DNA of 63,968 nt, filler included, from Lenisia limosa (lineage: Eukaryota; Protista; Breviatea): assembly GCA_001655205.1 (NCBI GenBank). It is 13 parts of 13 records of this genome, joined end to end, with 100 filler letters (N's around TTAATTAATTAA, not from the genome) between each part and the next. Parts side by side here need not be neighbours in the genome. Positions count along the whole stretch, not along the records: positions 58,174 to 62,767 come from LPNZ01006545.1; positions 62,868 to 63,968 come from LPNZ01000304.1; 11 more parts are not named here. The stretch is one strand, 5' to 3'. The position numbers and the translations under genes were made by a program. A model generated the notes under the pieces. The model searched no databases. It saw only the letters and a program-made list of their open reading frames with translations, and was not told the DNA's origin. Below, in pieces: positions 58,950-63,968 of the stretch. Numbering within the stretch: position 1 is the stretch's first letter; each line of letters begins with the position of its first letter.

Positions 58950-61900
58950 ATCTTCGTCACGTTTCCAGCCACCCTAAACGATCAGATTTCTTGGTGGTGG
59001 TGGGGGGGGGGGGNNNNNNNNNNNNNNNNNNNNNNNNNNNNNNNNNNNNNNNNNNNNNNNNNNNNNNNNNNNNNNNNNNNNNNNNNNNNNNNNNNNNNNN
59101 NNNNNTGTTGGCTTAGCATTTGGGGAGACTGTTGGCATTGTGCTTTATTACTTACACTACGGCGATCGATTTGGTACTCAGGTGTAGTTTTGGAAATTCC
59201 ATAAAAAGTTTCAATTTCCATAAAGATATTTGGGATTCCCATATATTTTCTATAAATAAGGAAAACCCAACTTTTTCGTAAAAATCCCAAGTCAATGCGC
59301 CGTAGTGCAGCAGTTGAACTACTCTATCCTCCATTTAATCCCTCACTCAAAAAATTGATAAACTAAACAAGGTGGGGCGCTTATAAGTATATTGATTCTT
59401 TTAGATTATGATAGCCCAGATAAAGAATATGATACCAAATATACAATGACCAGGACAAGTCTTGACCGATTTTCCTTGGGGAAAACATGTAATACATATC
59501 ATATACCGCTTTTACAAAGGAAAAGCTTAATTCTGTCAGAATATGAAAAACCAAATTGAGAAGTCCTTAATCGTATACTACTACATACCGCTTTAATAAA
59601 GGCTTTCATTCTGTCAGATTGAGAATCCTCGATAATGTCACCTTGAATATCCTGGGGGAGGGAGTGAAATTGATACGGGGTAAAATTGGACAATTTTGAC
59701 AACACACAAGGGTTGATANNNNNNNNNNNNNNNNNNNNNNNNNNNNNNNNNNNNNNNNNNNNNNNNNNNNNNNNNNNNNNNNNNNNNNNNNNNNNNNNNN
59801 NNNNNNNNNNNNNNNNNNNNNNGAAATAGGAAAATCTATGAAACAAAAAAAATAAACAACCCTGGGGGGAATAACTTGGCCTATTTCAGGGTGAGGGGTT
59901 AATATGGTAAATTTATAAGGAAAAAGCCTAGCAACAAAAGAAACATGTAAATTGATGAGATAAGTCTAATAATATTGGTGCGTGGATATTATTAGGACTT
60001 CCCTTGAGTCCGAAAAAATACCGGTAAAATATAGATATTTATCGAGATTTTGTCGACATATTCGACACGATTGACACGATTAAGCTCAATCATGCATCAT
60101 CAAGTTCTCGAACAAGTAAAGCAGCAAATATTTCGTACCCCCATATTCTATTTCCAAAAAAGCAAACCTTTCTCGTGTGGTTGTAAACAATGATACCTTC
60201 CATTTCGTCAGACTTGCCCCAAAATCTACAGGAGTAAAAAACCTTGTTGCAGGAAACGTGGCCACAATTTATTAGGATCTGAACCTTTTTTGCCTGTTAA
60301 AAAAAACGCGGTGATATATTTAAAACGTCTGTAGTTGCAAAAATTGACCTTTTATTTTGAAATTTTAATAAAAAACACCACTTTTCTTAACTGTAACTAG
60401 AGACGCTAAATAAAAGTTTCTCTATTAATTAATTTTGATACCCCCTTAAAATTGCCACTTTCTCCAATGTAGTCATAACGAATTATTCTTGCACACACAA
60501 ATAATACGTATTAGTCAAGCTCCGGACAACATTCAAAATTCCCAGACAGCTTGAGTTTTTTTGTTAACCTTGTTCATTTTCAAAATTTCCAGAAACAGGG
60601 ACACTCAAAATGATCAAAAAAGTTTCTAGATAAAATTATAATTATGATCTTGGATCTGAGACACATGGGATCCACTTACCATATTAGACAAGTTCAAATG
60701 CCTTTTGGCAAAAAGCCCCTCATAACAATTACANNNNNNNNNNNNNNNNNNNNNNNNNNNNNNNNNNNNNNNNNNNNNNNNNNNNNNNNNNNNNNNNNNN
60801 NNNNNNNNNNNNATACATTGGAAAGGCAATTAGGAAATAAACCTCAATCGAGACTTTCTCTTGATGATCTTAGTTTCAATCGAAACTTTCTTCCTCGTGA
60901 TGATCTTAGTTTCAATCGAGACTTTCTCTTGATGATCTTAGTTTCAATCGAGACTTTCTCTTGATGATCTTAGTTTCAATAGAGTAACATCCTAGTTTCA
61001 ATAGAGACTTTTTCTTTATGATCCTTGTTTAAATCGGGTATTGAATCTTTATGATTATAATACAGTCTCTATTGAAACTAGGATCATCTTTTTCTTGTAA
61101 CTAGAATTTTAAAAGGGGGGGGGGTGTTCTTGTAATTGCAAAGAATCTGGTTTGTTATTCTTCAATTTCAAACCACATGTCATCGCCTTTTTTATACTTA
61201 TTTGCATTCATGTATTATTAGAAGTGCCCGCATCCACGCCTCTTTCAAACCCCTCAAGTCTTTCTCAGCCTCTCTAGTGTGTGCTGCTATTATTTGTTTT
61301 ATAAAATACTCTCTATAAAATTTAGTTGAGAGGATTTAGACCCTTGCAAAGTATGAGCTAGGAGGCATATATATCTTGAAATAAGTATACCTTCAACCCC
61401 ACCCCCACACCCGTCATAGTTACCACCAGTAACACAAAGGACGTTTTTGACGGTAAACGTTCCGGCCTGCTTTTCAGATAGGCAGTATTCGTGGGCACTT
61501 TTCTCACCGTCTCGACCAGCCTGAGGGGGGGGGGTANNNNNNNNNNNNNNNNNNNNNNNNNNNNNNNNNNNNNNNNNNNNNNNNNNNNNNNNNNNNNNNN
61601 NNNNNNNNNNNNNNNNNNNNNNNNNNNNNNNNNNNNNNNNNNNNNNNNNNNNNNNNNNNNNNNNNNNNNNNNNNNNNNNNNNNNNNNNATTTTGATTTTA
61701 GCCCCCCTCCCACCCCTTCTAGAACAATCATGGCCACAATAAGACCGTCCACATCTAGTGAGGAAAGTGGTGGTGCTGCGAACGTGGCGAAACCGTCACT
61801 TAAATCTCGAGTTACCTAGAGGGGAAATTGTGAGGGTTGGCTGTACTGAGGGCTGGTAATTCTGAATTAATTGCCTAAAGTGTACCATCTTTTGAGACCT

Positions 61901-62510
61901 TATGACATCACTAATCCCAAAGGCTCCGTGCAATTAATGGAAAAAATAATTACAAAATTCGAAGTGGGACGTAGCGTTACGAGAACCCCTTTTCAAACTT
62001 TTAGAATTTTGTCAATTAATTTCTTCAAAAAATTAATTGCACGGAGCCCCCGTCCCACCTCAACAGTCCTTAAAACAGCGTCATTGAATAGGCCCCTAAA
62101 GAGGTACTGAACCTGGCCCNNNNNNNNNNNNNNNNNNNNNNNNNNNNNNNNNNNNNNNNNNNNNNNNNNNNNNNNNNNNNNNNNNNNNNNNNNNNNNNNN
62201 NNNNNNNNNNNNNNNNNNNNNNNNNNNNNNNNNNNCTTAAATGCTGTTTTTGAATTGGAAACAAAGGAGAGAAACAAAACTCTGAGATAAGTGAGAGGGA
62301 GTCAAATGTCACACACTGTTAAAATCAATATAAATACATTTGTTGTACATGGATGACGCCATAGTCAAGAGCTGTCCCAACATCATGTGTATAAGAGATA
62401 TTGGATTCTAATATCTGGCAGCAGTTCATATCATCAGTCATCAACTGTTAGCCCACCTGGCAATTTTTAATGACAATCTTGGGCGACGATCTGACGTCTA
62501 TGAGACCCTG
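58950..62510 (-). CDS. One or more hypothetical spliced genes (fragmentary)
   Basis: Candidate minus-strand exons GLIDVRSSPKIVIKNCQ, GLFNDAVLRTVE, VTRDLSDGFATFAAPPLSSLD, DIQGDIIEDSQSDRMKAFIKA, RVVQLLHYGALTWDFYEK|YQIDRRS. Confidence 0.45.
60845..61090. repeat. Family F: 32-bp tandem array plus one inverted copy
   Basis: TGATGATCTTAGTTTCAATCGAGACTTTCTCT x5-6, inverted GTCTCTATTGAAACTAGGATCATC at about 61065; single dispersed copies near 37095 and 43058. Confidence 0.85.
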
Positions 62511-62867
62511 AGAGTATTAGAAAAGTGTCTGTTAAACCATCTGAAAAATAAAACAAGGTTGAATCTGGATGAGACCCCGTCCACACCATCACGCTGAGTA
62601 GAGATATGGAATTTTAAAATGAAACGGCAATATCAAAACACTATGTACACAATCATTTGTCTTACAGCTCTGGGAAATACCACGGGATTAAAACACCATA
62701 TCAATATTATGAAGAATGAAAGTGAGTATGCAGAACAATTGTTCATATACCAAAAATGAGCTTTTCANNNNNNNNNNNNNNNNNNNNNNNNNNNNNNNNN
62801 NNNNNNNNNNNTTAATTAATTAANNNNNNNNNNNNNNNNNNNNNNNNNNNNNNNNNNNNNNNNNNNN

Positions 62868-62918
<51 letters not shown>
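62868..62918 (+). repeat. (TC)n microsatellite
   Basis: About 25 TC units at the scaffold start. Confidence 0.95.
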
Positions 62919-62920
<2 letters not shown>

Positions 62921-63049
62921 CAATTACTACAATATCTCTAATGTGATGGAATGGACGGACGGTTTCGACCAGATACTACCAATAATTACGACTCATTTAT
63001 TTCCAATTAAGTCCGACTAATTTCTTAATAGGAGTTGGAAACTGTGACC

Positions 63050-63968
63050 CTATTCCACCTTCCCTCTGCTGCCATTTCCCCAAAGAGCCCAAAGGTAAGT
63101 GACTTGGGCTTCCCTATGGTGCGAAACAGACCAAGAAAATATCGATATTTATGATATTAATATTGCACTTCAGTCATTTTAGCAGTGAGCAAGATATTCA
63201 CACATTCTTCTTTTGTATTCTGTTATCCGTTCAACGAGAATTGGTGTTAAAAATTGACACAGAGATGATTCATATTTGCTTTAAATCTTTCATCTTTTAT
63301 TTAACATTAACAATTCCACTCAGACTGATCGATTTTTAGAAAACGGTGACTCAGTCAGGTCCTCAAAACACAAGGAAAGTGACTCGGATAGTGACCCTGA
63401 CGTCATCCTCATTGACTCGGATGATGAACGGGTGGAGAGGGCCGTACATGAGGCGGACTGCCAGCGAGATATACAGAACGTGGGGGGGGGGAATATATAA
63501 TACAGCTTCGGCCAGATACATCCTTGTTTATTGCTATAAATATATGATTATATTGTGTATGTGTGCGGGGGGATTGTGTTGTTCATTCAGCTCCAATGAT
63601 CACAGACAAATGTGGCCCCAGATACCTTTTAATTTATTCTGCTGCTGCCCCATGTCCTTGCTATTATAACCACTGGTGTATGCTTTGTCCGATATTTAGT
63701 ATATCACACCCTTGGAATCCCGGAGTGCCATTTCCCCTCGGAAACAATGTATAGCTATATGTTAATATTTTAATGGAGTGACACAAAAAGCTGTGTGCAC
63801 CAAGTTGTAAGGCAAATGACCGGGCGAATAGTATTATACTCTCATCAACTACCTCTTCTGTCTCACCATGTTTTATTTCGCATTTATATATTGCTATATA
63901 CATACTATCATGAAATTGACCTCACAGGTCATGGACACCGCCAATTCAAAAGAACACAGACAGATGTT
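63050..63968 (+). CDS. Hypothetical low-complexity spliced gene fragment
   Basis: Exons ..SAAISPKSPK|gtaagt, NGDSVRSSKHKESDSDSDPDVILIDSDDERVER.. and ..ESRSAISPRKQ. Confidence 0.5.

Noticed and set aside
3990-61690. Gaps systematically adjacent to poly-G or poly-C as programmed breakpoints
   Set aside because: Best explained by short-read dropout at G homopolymers. The runs themselves are real and are treated under intron grammar.
26167-62823. Regularly recurring TTAATTAATTAA palindromes as a biological repeat or array
   Set aside because: Always embedded between N runs; a six-frame-stop scaffold linker.
1-63968. Non-standard genetic code
   Set aside because: The exons I could reconstruct and the 352-aa ORF read through without in-frame TAA, TAG or TGA, and genes end in TAA or TAG.
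1-63968. Most ORFs in the supplied track that span N runs or start at TTG/GTG
   Set aside because: Artefacts of gaps and of a prokaryote-style caller applied to intron-rich DNA.

Overview
Eukaryotic draft-genome DNA from an intron-dense, probably flagellated organism (GT-AG introns, mostly about 40-400 nt; standard genetic code). It is not one locus: 12 artificial N-TTAATTAATTAA-N linkers join 13 gapped scaffolds. All gene models were spliced by hand and are approximate. Scaffold 1 (1-26.1 kb) holds a kinesin-6-like motor gene (-), a muskelin gene (+), a single-pass membrane protein gene (-) and a WD40-plus-coiled-coil gene (+). Later scaffolds hold fragments of DNAAF5/HEATR2, a dynein heavy chain (stalk to AAA5), WDR60/DYNC2I1, an ankyrin-repeat protein, an H-type-lectin/gp53-like protein, a Glu/Lys-rich protein and several unidentified spliced genes. 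No rRNA, tRNA, CRISPR array or transposase was recognised. The most unusual signal is non-coding. Introns carry at least 7 short dispersed repeat families. Two are palindromic TA-flanked MITEs (A, B); A occurs in both orientations. Three (C, D, E) are non-palindromic and almost always sense to the host gene. D and E repeatedly supply the polypyrimidine tract and AG acceptor, C folds into hairpins including a cUUCGg tetraloop, and one 285-nt intron is essentially C+D+E. G-runs after donors, C-runs before acceptors and short tandem duplications straddling splice sites also recur.
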